A stretch of 64,000 nt of DNA from Octopus bimaculoides (taxonomy: Eukaryota), in contig NC_068981.1 of the NCBI RefSeq assembly GCF_001194135.2, positions 40,434,198 through 40,498,197 on the forward strand, in the 5' to 3' direction. The position numbers and the translations under genes are program-made. The notes beneath the pieces are model-generated. The model saw only the letters and a list, made by a program, of their open reading frames with translations. It made no database searches and was not told the origin of the DNA. Shown piece after piece: positions 24,753 through 38,238 of the stretch. Numbering within the stretch: the first letter of the stretch is position 1; every line of letters starts with the position of its first letter.

Positions 24753-27284
24753 TGCTGTAAGGAAATATTACCTTACTTGGAAACAGGTGTGTGTTGGCAA
24801 CTGGTGGGGTACTTGACTATCAAAAATCTACCACAATAAACTCCATCCAAACCATATAAACATGGAAAAGTCGAGGTTAAGATCATGATGACATTTCTGT
24901 AAAAGCATACATGTGTATTATCACTTCTTAACCTCTATTTTTCCATGCTTATATGGGTCAAATTCAGATAAAATCTTTCTTTTAGAAATGACTAACAACA
25001 ATGGATTTATTTAAGTATATTTCAACCTCTTCCAGCACCTGATGTTATTTAAAACAGTGTTGTAAATTTCATGATGAAATTCTGAAAACTGACGCTGCGT
25101 TTGAATATCAGGGTTTTGTTTTTTTTGTGAGAAGTTTGCTGCCCAACTACATGATTTTGGATTCAATCTCACTGCATGGCACTTTGGACAAGTATCTTAT
25201 AGAGCCCCAGGAAATATAACCTTACTTGGAAACAATTGAGGTTTAGCAACTGGAATGGTATCAGACCATAAAAAAACCTGCTTCAACAAAACTCAACCTA
25301 ACCCATCTAAGCATAGAAAAATGGATATTAAAACAACAATGATGATGATGATTTTTGGTTGTTTAGATTCAATAAAGTCCTGTGTTTTATGTCTTATATA
25401 AAAACGCTTGCATCTTCTTCTCCATGGGAGTGCAGTCTTTTCGTCTGGTATGAGAGAATGCTGTTCATACTGTATTGATGTGTATTTGTAGGTGTTTGGC
25501 GGTTTATACCAAACAAAGTATCTAAAAATATCAAATTTTTATCATAAAATAATACTTAACTGATATCGTGTAGTCATTTACTAAGTGGTCAAGTGAATCT
25601 CAAGTTGGTACATGGCTCACACATTATGAGTTACTATTTTTAAGTCGCAACTTTTTATTGGCTTGAAATGTAATCTTCATCACTTAACCTCTTCCTCAAA
25701 CATGAAACATTACAGTGCTTTTTCTTTTAATTTCCTAGATTCTGTTTTTTCACTTTCTTTTGTTTCTTCATCTCACTCTCAACCCTATCTCTCTCTCACC
25801 CCTTCTCTTTCACCCCTCTCACTCTCTCTCTCCCTCCCTCCACCGAATTAATATATTTTTAGATTAATTGACTGCAAGGCCTAATCTGTTGCATCAGTAA
25901 CTAACAATACAGCCAGGCTGCAGACAGGATCAGAAATGTGGATTATCTTTTAATAGTAGTCAATAAAATTGTATTAGAGGCAATTCACTTGGAAAAGAAA
26001 GGCTTATATTTGTGTATCTGAGACTGAAATTAAACTGACCTTAGATATAAATTGTATGTCACCACCCTCTCATCTCCCATCATCACTCCACATTTCTTTT
26101 GTTTATTCTCCATCTTTTTCTTCAGCTTTACTTTCCTTTTCATTTTATCTCTCCATCTTTTTTCCAATTTCTCTCTCTACTTCAAAATCACCTACTTTCT
26201 CATTTTTAATCATTTCTTCTTTCTTCCATTTAATTTTCCTTCTCTTCCTGTCATCTCTTTCTTCTCCTCTTTTTTCCCCTCTCCCTCTTTATTATCTGTT
26301 CTTTCTACTTTGATAGAGTCCATCAAGGCCCAGTATACTAACAGCCTCCTTATTACATAATTTACTTAAAATTTTAATCATTAGAAATTTTGAAAATTCT
26401 CACTTTACTCCCTTGTGAGAATAAATGTTCATTAGCACTAATATAATTTTCTTCTCATTATATTTATAACTATTTTTAATTCATCATACCAAGTATGGTA
26501 GCCTACACTTAATGACAGAAAATAGTTTTATCGTGTTTCTACTCATTAGCCTAGCAGCCTGTTCGCGTAACCTTGCTAAGAGATATAATTTTATTTCATC
26601 ATTACATTTAGATATCTCAGAATACACATTATCATTTTCATCATAATCTCTTTTGTCATCACCATTAGTTATTAACCTTGTTCTTGTTGCAGTTGTCATC
26701 ATCTTCTCTATAAAACTTGATAATTTACTTATCAGTGCAAACTATTGATTTGACTATATACGAAAATTAAAAGATTGCAAATATAAAATTATGAACTTGG
26801 TCATCTTTTCCATCTCAGCATGTTCTATTAATTAAACTCTTCAAACGTATTTCCAGTCATACAAAAGAACACTCCTTAACACTTCTTTTCTACACAAACA
26901 ATGAGAATTCAGCTCTTCTCACATGAAATTCTTGTATTATGTAAACTGTTGTAACTGTAACATTTCACAGGAAACATGTGATTCACTTCACATACCAGTT
27001 GTTACAAAGTAATACCATCATCATCATTATCATTATAACCATTTTTATCACCCTCTTTTTCATGCTTACTATGGAATTCATTGAGGCAGATTTTTCTACA
27101 GCCATTGGAGCAGATTTTTCTACCAACTACACTCACCTGTTTCGTAGTACATTATAATATTGAGGATATTTAATATGTAGTTACTATATACACACAAGAC
27201 ATTACACTTAAGAAGTACAAAGTTAATTTCTCTAAACATTATTGAATATGATTAACAAGTACAGAACAAAGAATATATATATAT

Positions 27285-27434
27285 GTGGTTGGCGTTAGGA
27301 AGTGCATCCAGCTGTAGAAACTCTGCCAAATTAGATTGGAGCCTGGTGTTGCCATCCGGTTTCACCAGTCCTCAGTCAAATCGTCCAACCTATGCTAGCA
27401 TGGAAGGCGGACGTTAAACGATGATGATGATGAT
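27285..27434 (+). mobile_element. Young 5'-truncated RTE 3' end in a TA tract
   Basis: CpGs intact; 3 differences over about 124 nt versus the 37046 copy; (GAT)n tail. Confidence 0.85.
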
Positions 27435-27849
27435 ATATACAAATACAATTTCTCTCCTCTTATGAAATGGAACATTTTTAGTAGAATGGCTTGGCAGTAT
27501 TGACATCATTGCAAACTGATGGTGGTTGATAGTATAGAATTCTATTCTTCTGTAACTAAGTCCCTTCACAAAACCTTAACTTTGACCAACTTCATACATA
27601 TTAGTAAATCTGTTATTAAAATCAATATACTCTCAAGAAATAACTAATTTTTTTTACAACTGTTGTGAGATAATAAGTCAATCTTAATTTTGGATATTAT
27701 CTAGAAAATATTCGATAAAATGAAGAAGGAAGAAAAGCAGTAGATATGTTATAAAGGAAGTATGTAATAGTTTAATATTTGTTTGTTTAATCCAATTCTG
27801 ATGTACATTTCCAAATATTTTGGAGCTACTTGTTGAAGTGACTGTATTT

Positions 27850-29345
27850 ATTGAAGATCTCTGATTCATAATTAGATAATAGACATAATTGTTGATGTTA
27901 TTCAATATGAAGCTGTTTTCAGCTGTATATAAATTGTACTTTTTATCCCATTGATATAAAGTCTGCATTTCCCTAAAATTTCCCACTTGATGTCAAAAAT
28001 CATGTTCTTTTAAATGTTTCATAAACTCTGCATTATTTGACTGATTAAATTAGCATTATGTAATGTTTCTTCATGTGCAGTTAATTTCTGTTAATTTTAT
28101 TGATTTATGTGATATAATATTTTTCAAGTTGGGACTATATCTGTAACTCACTTTCAAACAATTGCTGTTGATTAGTTTTATGCAGCAGTAGTTAATGTGA
28201 AAATGCTTACCTGTTAAGTTTAGGAAATTTGGAGCTGTATTTGACTTAAGGGTTAAATCTATAGGCAGGTGGCAAATGTCAGTATTAACCTATGCTATTT
28301 CTTTAATTGATTTATTATAAAGTTTGTATTTATCTGGGATTAACTTTAGTACGGCATCTAAGAAATATATATTAATGATTCCTTTTATTGACCACAATGT
28401 TAATAAGAATTGTAATTTTTAGAGCAAAATTTTTTTAGATGTTAATAAAGCCATTCATATAGGTATCTAGTGTATACTCACTGGCATATTGTGAAATGTC
28501 CAACCCATCATGTATATATAGCCTAGTGTTTGGTGTGGGAACATTCTTATTTAATGAGTCTAGTATATATAGGCCAACAGGATTACAAATCCCTGTGCTA
28601 TCACACAGCCCCATACTGACGTTGAATAAACTTTTGAGATCTGCTTCTTTTAATCCTTGTCAAAGATGAGTGCTTCAAGCATCCATAGTGATACTGATGT
28701 CATTATCATCTATATCATTATACATTCTTTTGAAATTTAGATTGCGAATAAATAGAGATTTAAAAATAGAAGGTTAAAATTCAGTGATGTCAAATGTAAT
28801 ATGCTTAGAGTCATCTTTATAGTTAATATTATTGAACCAACTAATTACTATGCTAAAGTTATTCCTATGCTGAGGTTTGGGTGTCATTCTAATGTTATTA
28901 TCAAGTATTTTTAAAACATTTCTTCTGATTAATTTCATTTTTGTTTTTGCCAGACTAATTAATCTACATTTTGGATTGAAGTTTAAATTCTTTTTATGAT
29001 CCTTAGTCTAATATATACCTTATGTTTTGCCAAGCATTGTAACCTATTTTTAAATTCCTTTTCTTAGTTACATTTTAGAGTTTATATTAAATGTTTATGT
29101 TAGTCTTTTTGTATTTTCAAGTAATATTTTTATTATTTAGTTATTTGTAGGTGCTGTTTTCTTTTTCATAAAGGTCAATGGTTTTGTTAGAGAATATAAA
29201 GCTGTTTTTGAATTCTTAATATTCTTAATGTCAGATATAAGGTTATTTTGAAAGGTGTTGGTGTACTTATGAAAGCATGTGTTAGCTATCGTGTCTAAAA
29301 GGTTGAATTCAAAAGGTTCAAGGTCTTCAATACAAAGTGTGATTT
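27850..29345 (-). mobile_element. Penelope-like element relic 1 (RT + GIY-YIG region, heavily decayed)
   Basis: Minus-strand motifs in the expected order: LEPFEFNLL..FQNNLISDIKNIKNSK, KDHKKNLNFNPKCRLI, ITFDITEF*PSI, LFNVSMG..VGLYILDSL, RLYIHDGL, FLDAVL, KVSYRYSPNLKNII, DIKWEIL..YNLYTAENSFIL. Confidence 0.85.
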
Positions 29346-29569
29346 TTCATATTTTTATTCCATTATATGTGGTTGTTTTTGTGCTATTAGATTTGTATCC
29401 TCAAACAAGTACTTAAGTACCATCCTCTTGGTGATATTTCACAGCATAGTAGAACACTGCTGATGACCAAGAACTATAGTGTTAATCATAGATCTATACA
29501 CTGTAACATAATCATTGATGATATTCTTACTCCAAATAATAAATGATGAAGTTGTTAAAGACATGCAAA

Positions 29570-30945
29570 TGCTCTCTTGCTAGCAAACTATTGGATCAGT
29601 TCAAATAGGACCTCTTCAACCTAAATAACCTTACATCACCACTATCAAAGAAACTCTCAAGAATAGCATTACAAAATTTCAGAAACACCAAGAATGTATT
29701 TATTCTATCAAACAACATGAACAGCTGTCGTAAATGACACTTCTCCAACAGTATAACAAATACACGTAAAATTTAAGACAAAAAAACTTAACACTACAAA
29801 ACTCCATAAGTCAAGAGGATAAAATGGACTAGCAATGGAATTAGATATAAACAACAGGACTGAATAACTAGCACTCTGCACATCTCACATAACACTCAAG
29901 GACCATGAATCAAACTTCTTAATAGCATACAGGTAGGAGTTATCTTCTACCTGTATGCTATTAAATCCCACTAAACCAGTTGCAATAGATATGATAATTC
30001 AACATAAAAATTACCGCTATAGTATTACAAAATCAACAGACTTACCCAAATGAATAACACTGCATCTATGACTGGATGATTTACAGATATCAATAAGTGC
30101 CTGTAAAATCTGCACAATTTGAAAGTCATATTCACTTTTCAATAATCAAGCTCCTATTTGTAAAAATACTCACAATCACTAAAAACGACAGCACACTTGC
30201 AGATCAAAAACTTCAGGTCATAACTAACACTAGATGATAATTCTGGGTTTTTTTGTTTACAAAGTTCTAGCCAAGATTTGTGAAATCAGAGGCCTCTATA
30301 CATTACATGTATTAGACACAAAATACAGTAACTTGAAATGTGGCCTTTATTGTAATGATGGGCTCATGGTATTAAAAGGATATGAATGATTGCCAACTAG
30401 ATAAATTAGTCTTCAGGTGAAACATCTTTCAATAGATAATCTCAGCACTTTGATGACACACCAATGCTCAGCAACTTCAAGGATAAAATGCAATGTTTTC
30501 CAAATACGAGTAATGACCTAAGCCCTTATAAACAATGCAAATATAAGGTACTATGTTTTATCCTCTCCCTCAAACACACTACCCAAACAAACCTTACCAG
30601 AAATTTGCTGTATACCAAGTATGTTTGAAAACAACTGCATAGCCAATTCCTACTTTGGTCTGGAAACACTTTTTAAATCAAGATTCTTGCACCACACTCC
30701 TTCCAGAACATAAATAGAACAGGCACAAGCTTGTCGAAATAGCTATGGTCACTAAAAGACCAACAAAACACAAAATATAACATCAAGTAGGTCATTGATC
30801 ACAATGAAACATACAAGGAAAATGAAGACTGCAGCCTGTGTACCTCAGAGAAAACAACCATATTGTTTTTACTTAGGCCATCCTTGAATTTACAATTTAA
30901 GTTGATCTCCTCTTTCATGCACAGACCTAAGTATCTACTGAAAAA
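29570..30945 (+). mobile_element. Penelope-like element relic 2 (RT + GIY-YIG endonuclease, heavily decayed)
   Basis: ITLKDH (29889-29906)..TCMLLNPTK; ICEIRGLYTL..GLYCNDGL (30342-30365, decayed GLYRDDGL); VYQ (30610)..YFG (30651); TSLSK*LWSLKD; CSLCTSEK; HRPKYLL. Confidence 0.88.
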
Positions 30946-30984
30946 TGTTCAACTAAATATAATAATCCTTTCTACAGAACTCAC

Positions 30985-31180
30985 AAGGCCTTGAAATTTT
31001 GGGGGAGAAGACTAATCGCTTACATCAACCCCAGTGTTTCACTGGTACTTAATTTATTAACTCTGAAAGAATAAAAGGCAAGATCAACCTTGTTGGAATT
31101 GAACTCAGAACGTAGCGGCATATGAAATACTGCTAAGCATTTCGCCCAGCGTGCTAACAACTCTGCCAGCTCACCACCTT
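30985..31180 (-). mobile_element. SINE family B
   Basis: CACAAGGCCTTGAAATTTTGGGGGAG..GAACTCAGAACGTAGCGG..CTAAGCATTTCGCCCAGCGTGCTAAC..CTGCCAGCTCACC. Confidence 0.8.
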
Positions 31181-31854
31181 AATCTTCAAATAAATATGAT
31201 AATAATAATAACAGTTATACTATCAAACAAGTCATGCACCAAAGCAATCCAATAATGACAAAATGCACAGAACATTCTGCTTTGCAGCATACAGCCTACA
31301 GAGCTTCACCAACCCTACATTCTGTACAAATTGTTATAGCACTTACATCCAGTACATTTCATACCACACGTTTCAGGTACTTTTGCTCCACTAAGTACAA
31401 TTTTGTCCCACATGTCTGCATGTCCTTACTCAGATTCTACATACTTTTAATTACACATACATAAATCATTATTCATTTTAGAACCACCATAACTCAAAAA
31501 TTAACTATTATTACATGTTCATAAACACTATATTCAGTTTGAATTATATTGAATTATTCATTCTGTTATTTATATATTTATACACACATAAATTCATGCA
31601 TTTTTAATTTTCCTGTTAATTCATTATTTTAATAATGTCTCCAATGACAACCTTTGCAATTTTCATTTTGTTATTGGAAATTCTATTATCAACATTACAA
31701 ATTCTAACGAGTTGCCAACCCATTCTCAGTGCCAAAATAATTGTTAAATGGACTGTAAATAATTATTAAATGATTTTTCTCTAGAACCTTCATTGCTTGT
31801 TAACCTATAATCATATGATTTTTTCTATGCACCCCGTACTTTGAACAGTCTTCA

Positions 31855-32350
31855 CTTTATCATCAGCATCATTATCATCATACAGAAGCTATTATATGCT
31901 AATTTATTTAGCAGGAATATTATCCTGAGATTTGGTGACAACACATCTCCACAAATCTTTCTTAAGACTCTTGTAGAATACAAGTCGGTGCTTATGTACA
32001 AGTCAACAATACTTGCCTCAATTTGAATATACTTCAGCCTCTAAGGTAATAGTTTGGGCATTTATGCCAAGTATGTTAATTACCTCAGGAATAATTTTCA
32101 TCCTTGTAATCCACAATATCTCTATTTCTCTGGATAAGTTGTGATATTCATCAATTTACTCAATTTCCTTGCTATACATTTTTCCTATCATATGGAATTG
32201 TGAAGACACTGATCTCACTCTGTTCTTTCACTTTTTCATGATCTGAGTTGTACGATCAGTTTAGAAATTCTATAAAAACTTATAATTTCTATTCACTATG
32301 GAAATTCTTGGTTCAAATCACTTTTGTGTCACTTCAAATCCACAAGCTTG
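31855..32350 (-). mobile_element. R4/Dong-like non-LTR retrotransposon 3' remnant (restriction-like endonuclease region)
   Basis: Minus strand reads ACGFEVTQK*FEP..IVNRNYKFL*NF*TDRT..KEIE*IDEYHNLSREIEILW..KIIPEVINILG..STRVLRK, resembling the WY.H.P..V.EN..YKILWDF..TDR / KIEKY..L..EI..LW..IPVVIGALG pattern, followed by a (GAT)n-like tail. Confidence 0.7.
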
Positions 32351-32567
32351 AACATCCTTATTCACTCCTTTACTGACAGTCATGTCTATGTCTATACTCT
32401 TATTGTGCTAGCTTACTACGCTCACTTAAGAGATAGGCAATACTTTAGTCCCACCTCTTCCACACATTTTGGATTTGTTGATTGAATTTTATGAACCTTT
32501 ATCATTATTATTATCATCATCATTATCATTATCAGTAGTAGTAGTACGAGGACGAGATGACGACGAC

Positions 32568-32765
32568 TGTGAGCTGGCAGAATCATTAGCATGCTGGACA
32601 GAATGTTGAGCAGCGTCTCTTCCAGCTTTATAGTCTAAGTTCTAAAGCTGCCAAAGTCAACCTTGCCTTTCATCTTTTCATGGTCAATGAAATGTGTACC
32701 AGTTGAGTACTTGAGACAATGTAATCAACTATCCCCCTCTCACCATAATTTCAAGCCTCATGCCC
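32568..32765 (+). mobile_element. SINE family B
   Basis: GTGAGCTGGCAGAATCATTAGC..GCCTTTCATCTTTTCATGGTCAATGAAATGTGTACCAGTTGAGTACT. Confidence 0.75.
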
Positions 32766-33843
32766 ATAGTAGAAAGAATTATTATTATCATTATTGTACT
32801 TTATGCATACTGGCCTGTACATACATATATATGTGTGGTTGTGTGTTTGTACATGTGTATGAAGATATGTAAATATGTACACAAACACACAGTTGTTGCT
32901 TACCACCAGATCAACTCACATGAAGCAGAAATTTTTATGGTCACAGCTTATAGGATTTCAGCATAGTTCTCTTCAGTAAGAGCTGATCTGAGTGTAAGCA
33001 ACAACTGTTTCCAAGCAACTGATTTGGAGGGAAAAACAACAAAAGGCGTGTCATACTAGTAAGAACTTTTAATTGATGTGAAATTATCAACACCTTCTAT
33101 CTCACTCTAAGTACACACATACAGTTATATAAAAATTAACAACACACACACATTCACGGACAGATACACATACTACCATAGATATTTAAACAAATACACC
33201 TGATGCTCATATATTATAGCTAGATACATGAACACATAAATACATGTCTGCGCATGTGTGTGTGTGTGTATATGTGTGTGCAGGTATATAGACACATACT
33301 CACATGCTCAATTTTTGGTTTATATGCTTCTCAGTTTCTGAGTACAAATAATCATGCATGTGTATTTAGATTTATATGTATATACTGCATGTAGATAGGG
33401 AAATACATTGTGAAGTGTTTTATATAATGCAGTGAGAATGCTTATCAGTGAATAAAGAGGAATAAGCTACACTTAAGATTTCTGTGTCTGTATTATTTCA
33501 AAAAGCATGAATGTTGTGCCAGAAGTAAAACTTAGTGATTGAAAAATGTTGATCTATAAAATAAGTACCAAGAGGGAATAAACACTGAGACTAATGTAAT
33601 CAACTAAACCCTGAAACCAGTATGAGAATAAAACATATATAAAATAAATATAATACACATGCTCATACATATGTATCATCAACATCATAATTATTGTTTG
33701 AACATCGACATTTCCATGCTTGCATGGATGAGATGGAATTCAGTGAAGCAGATTTTCTCTAGTTAGATGCTTTTCCTGTTGTCAATCCTCACTTGCTTGC
33801 AAGCAAGGTAACATTTCTCTATTATCAAACATGCTTCCACAGT

Positions 33844-33895
<52 letters not shown>

Positions 33896-34147
33896 TTGTT
33901 TAAAAGAGTTCCAACACTGTCTGTTTTTTATGTTTTATTTATATTCCTGCAGAACCAATGTGGGATATAGAATATGGAATATACAATATATAATATAATA
34001 TACAATATATAATATAAAATAAAATAAAATAAATAAAAATAAATATGGATGGCACCACGAAATAAAGTATTGAATGTAGATGAAATATTGAGTGTTCAAT
34101 ATAAAGGATCAAATATATAAATATATAAAGATAAATATATCATTATA

Positions 34148-34290
34148 AATATATAATGATAATGTATATCATTATCATCATCGCTTAACGTCCGTTTTCC
34201 ATGCTGGCATGGGATGGACAGTTTGACTGAGGACTGGCAAGCCAGTCCTGAAAGGATGAAAGACAAAGTCAACCCCGGCGGAATTTGAAC
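34148..34290 (-). mobile_element. RTE 3' end abutting a SINE family B fragment
   Basis: CATCATCGCTTAACGTCCGTTTTCCATGCTGGCATGG..GGCAAGCCAG joined directly to TCCTGAAAGGATGAAAGACAAAGTCAACCCCGGCGGAATTTGAAC. Confidence 0.7.
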
Positions 34291-34319
34291 TGAAGCAAAA
34301 CAAATGTTAAATGATGTTG

Positions 34320-34625
<306 letters not shown>

Positions 34626-35031
34626 TGTGTGTGCATGTGTACTTGACTGGTCTCCATTTCAGCAAAGCAGTGCTGATGTTGATATTACTACAGATCACTC
34701 AGTGCATTATTTACATTATTTACATTTGAATAAAACTAATAAAAAAATCTAGTAAAAAAATTAACAAAATTTTTTTATTAGTTTTTATTAGCTTTATTCA
34801 ATAAATTTATAACGTATATACTGGTTTTTACTAAATAATCTTTTTAAATAATATTAACTTATGTTTGACAAAAAAAATGGTACTTTATACTTGTATAGAT
34901 AGGGGTAAATTTTACACTAAATTATTAATTCCCATAATGTTTATATAGAGGGTTTCCTTAGGTTTAGCATTTTCTATATATATCGGTAATGTAATTTTAT
35001 GTGTTTAATTTAATGCATATATATATATGTT

Positions 35032-35072
<41 letters not shown>

Positions 35073-35474
35073 TAGGCACATTCCATCAGTAATTACTCAG
35101 GTTAGGTAGTTGGTGGCATTAATGTAGTAAAACTCAAAAAATAAGCGAAACACAGGTGCGTGATGGAGTTGGAGGCAGATTTACTTCTGCCTTTACAGCG
35201 TGTAAAGAAAACGTTGTTGCAGGAATGTATGCAGCACATGTACTACAGCATTACTATGTGTAGCTTTAATACTGAGATTGAAAGGCAGGGGCGAATTATG
35301 CCTACCTAATCTACAAAAAAACATAATATTTTGCATTTTATGCAAAGTAATCAGAGTAACCTTCATAATTTTATTGAATTAGGTGCATATTTTTCCAGAA
35401 CAGGAGAATGTTACGATTTTTTTTTTTATCAGGGTATGCACTGCCTACCTTCCTACCCAGGTGGCATGTCCTTG

Positions 35475-35527
<53 letters not shown>

Positions 35528-37008
35528 TTTTATATGTGTATGTTACTTAAGTTTCAAGTGAAATTACTACAAATAAGGAAACAGAAAAATTTGATAAGAA
35601 TCCTTCTATATAGACAATATCTTCATCATCACTTTTGACCTAGATAAAAACTCTCTTTGCTGAGTGTACTGTGAACTAGATGTTTGAGCAACTTTTATTG
35701 TGAGTAACAATAAATTTGGAAATTTTCTCAATAATATCACTTTTTCTTTTAATAAATTGTTTCTCTGTAACATCTTTTATTCTGGAGTGTCTTATATATA
35801 TATATATATATATATAGTCTTCCTAAAAAACTAAATATTTTGAAAGAGAGATTTTTTTCTGCTACTTATGCACCCACCTTAGTTGCTTAATTTGAAGACA
35901 TTATACAGTAGAAAAATTTGAACCTGACAGTCCAAAGGTGAAAATTAGAGTTTTTCGTACTTCCTAGATATGTCCAGACATAGAAAGAAGTTGAAAACTA
36001 AATAGAATAGTTGATAGTTGTAATAAACACAGAAGTTTTGTGTTAGCCTATTAAGATTATGCAGGTTGGATTTTGTCCAATAAATTTGATGTATATAAAA
36101 CATTAAATGAATTTGGGAACAGCCTTATACAAAAGATCTAAAGTGAGATTTGCCAAGAATGAGGAGTCAGTGAAGATTAAATTATCATTTGGTCTTGGTT
36201 CAGATCTAAAATCTTCATCAAGCAGTATTTACAGTTATCATGTTTGAGTAAATTCATTGTGAGCAACAAACAAAAGAATGGACTCTAGTAGCAGAAGAGT
36301 TATAATGACAGTGATAGAAACATGAATCACTTTTTTGTTGGTTTTAATAAAGAATCTCTGCAAGTTGATAAAAGAGAAGTAAACTACATTGTATTATTTC
36401 TTTCATAAAGCTTTGGTTTATCTAGAACCATTTTCTTATTTGATAATCTTAATTATTTAATGCTTCTTCTTCCTATGTTCCTTCAAAACACATATGATGG
36501 TTACATAGCATCTCTCCACGTCTCACAGTTCTTTGCATTTTTATTGTTGTTTGCAAGGTCTTTTGAACTGCAAGTGTTAGCTTATTTATATCTGACTGTT
36601 TCTTACACAAGGAGCTAATATTTTAACTGACTGATACCAAGTAGCATCCAACAAAAGTTATTTGTCTGGTAAGCAAACTCACATCTACATTCAATAAAAT
36701 TAAAACATTATAAAGTACTAGGGACACACAAATCAAAGTTTCAACCAAGATTCAGTCTCCTAATCAGAATGTTTGCTTCAATGTCCCAGACATCTAAAGA
36801 GAGGGGTTTAGATTCTCAATGCCTACAAGTATTTTGATAAAGGTCCTCAGAAGAAAATCATTCATCTATTTTTAGTAATTCTCATTTGTCTATCTGATTC
36901 ATTCTTCACTGCATCACCACTTATAACAATCTTTATTTCTTGAGCAAACATAACAGCCCTCCAATTGGTCCTGGGCCTGCTAGAAAATATTGTGTAATAT
37001 TACATATA

Positions 37009-37045
<37 letters not shown>

Positions 37046-37048
<3 letters not shown>

Positions 37049-37186
37049 AAGGGCATCCAGCTGTAGAAACTCTGCCAAATTAGATTGGAGCCTGGTGTTG
37101 CCATCCGGTTTCACCAGTCCTCAGTCAAATCGTCCAACCCATGCTAGCATGGAAAGCGGACGTTAAACGATGATGATGATGATGAT
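37046..37186 (+). mobile_element. Young 5'-truncated RTE 3' end in a TA tract
   Basis: Directly follows (TA)n; CpGs intact; near-identical to the 27285 copy. Confidence 0.85.
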
Positions 37187-38054
37187 ATAGTACATACCAT
37201 TGTAGTTAAAAATTATAATCATTATGGTAAACTTTGAATTTAAAGAAGATAAAATAAAACAAAAACATCAAAATAGAAAGCTGTAATCCTAATACATCCT
37301 AATATTTCAAAAAAGTAAGGGCACAATTTATCATGTGATTAAAAATACACCGTCTAAAAACAAACATTAAAGAAAAAAACCAGAAGAGATGTTCATGGCT
37401 GGTTTGACTTTAATCATAAGTCTGTAGAAGTAAAACTGACCTGTGGTTAAACAATAGTGTTTATTACCAATAACCATGGCACTTCTCATCATTATAAACA
37501 CCATCATCATTAAATGCATGTACTTTCTTGCCCTCATTACCGTGCTGGCCTTCTCTCTATACAGAATTCCTTGAGAACTACATTTGTCCTCAAACATTAG
37601 AATATAACATATTAAATAAGTCATTAACAGTTTTATTTCCATTAAGATTACTTGTTTTTTTATGTTTCATCATTGATATTTGCATCTGATAAGTTTTGTA
37701 CTCTTTATAACTGAAATTATTTATCACTGAACTTATTGCTAATTATTTTTGATGTCTAATTTTTCATATATGACATATTCATATTGCATATTGATTGCTA
37801 TATCTTCTGAATCTATAATACATCTTAAATTAATTGTGAAAATTGCTCCCAACCCTATAAAGTTAGCCTCTAATCTTTCAAGTTTACATTTAATGTAATT
37901 ATAAATTTTCCATTTAAATTATTGTAACCATACATAACAATGCTGGTTGTACCAAAGATCATGCCCCAGCATCTTCATAAACATATAACTGAAACCTACA
38001 CAAAAGCCTTCTCTTGAAAGTACCATAGCCTATCCCCTCTCCAGTTATTTGTTT

Positions 38055-38238
38055 CAAATTTTGGCACAAGACCAGTTGAGGAGGAGATAATCGACTGGTA
38101 CTTTATTCTTTGACCTTGAAAGGATGAAAGGCAAAGTTGACTTTGACAGTATTTGAACTCAGAATGTAAAGTGCCAGAAGAAATGCCACTAAGTATTTTG
38201 TACAGTGTGATAATGATTCAGCCAGTTCACTGCCTTAA
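38055..38238 (-). mobile_element. SINE family B
   Basis: GTTTCAAATTTTGGCACAAG..GAAAGGATGAAAGGCAAAGTTGAC..TTTGAACTCAGAATG..GCCAGTTCAC. Confidence 0.75.

Noticed and set aside
26484-26702. ORF ..EIKLYLLARLREQAARLMSRN..
   Set aside because: No splice signals or homology I can support; partly (ATC)n-derived.
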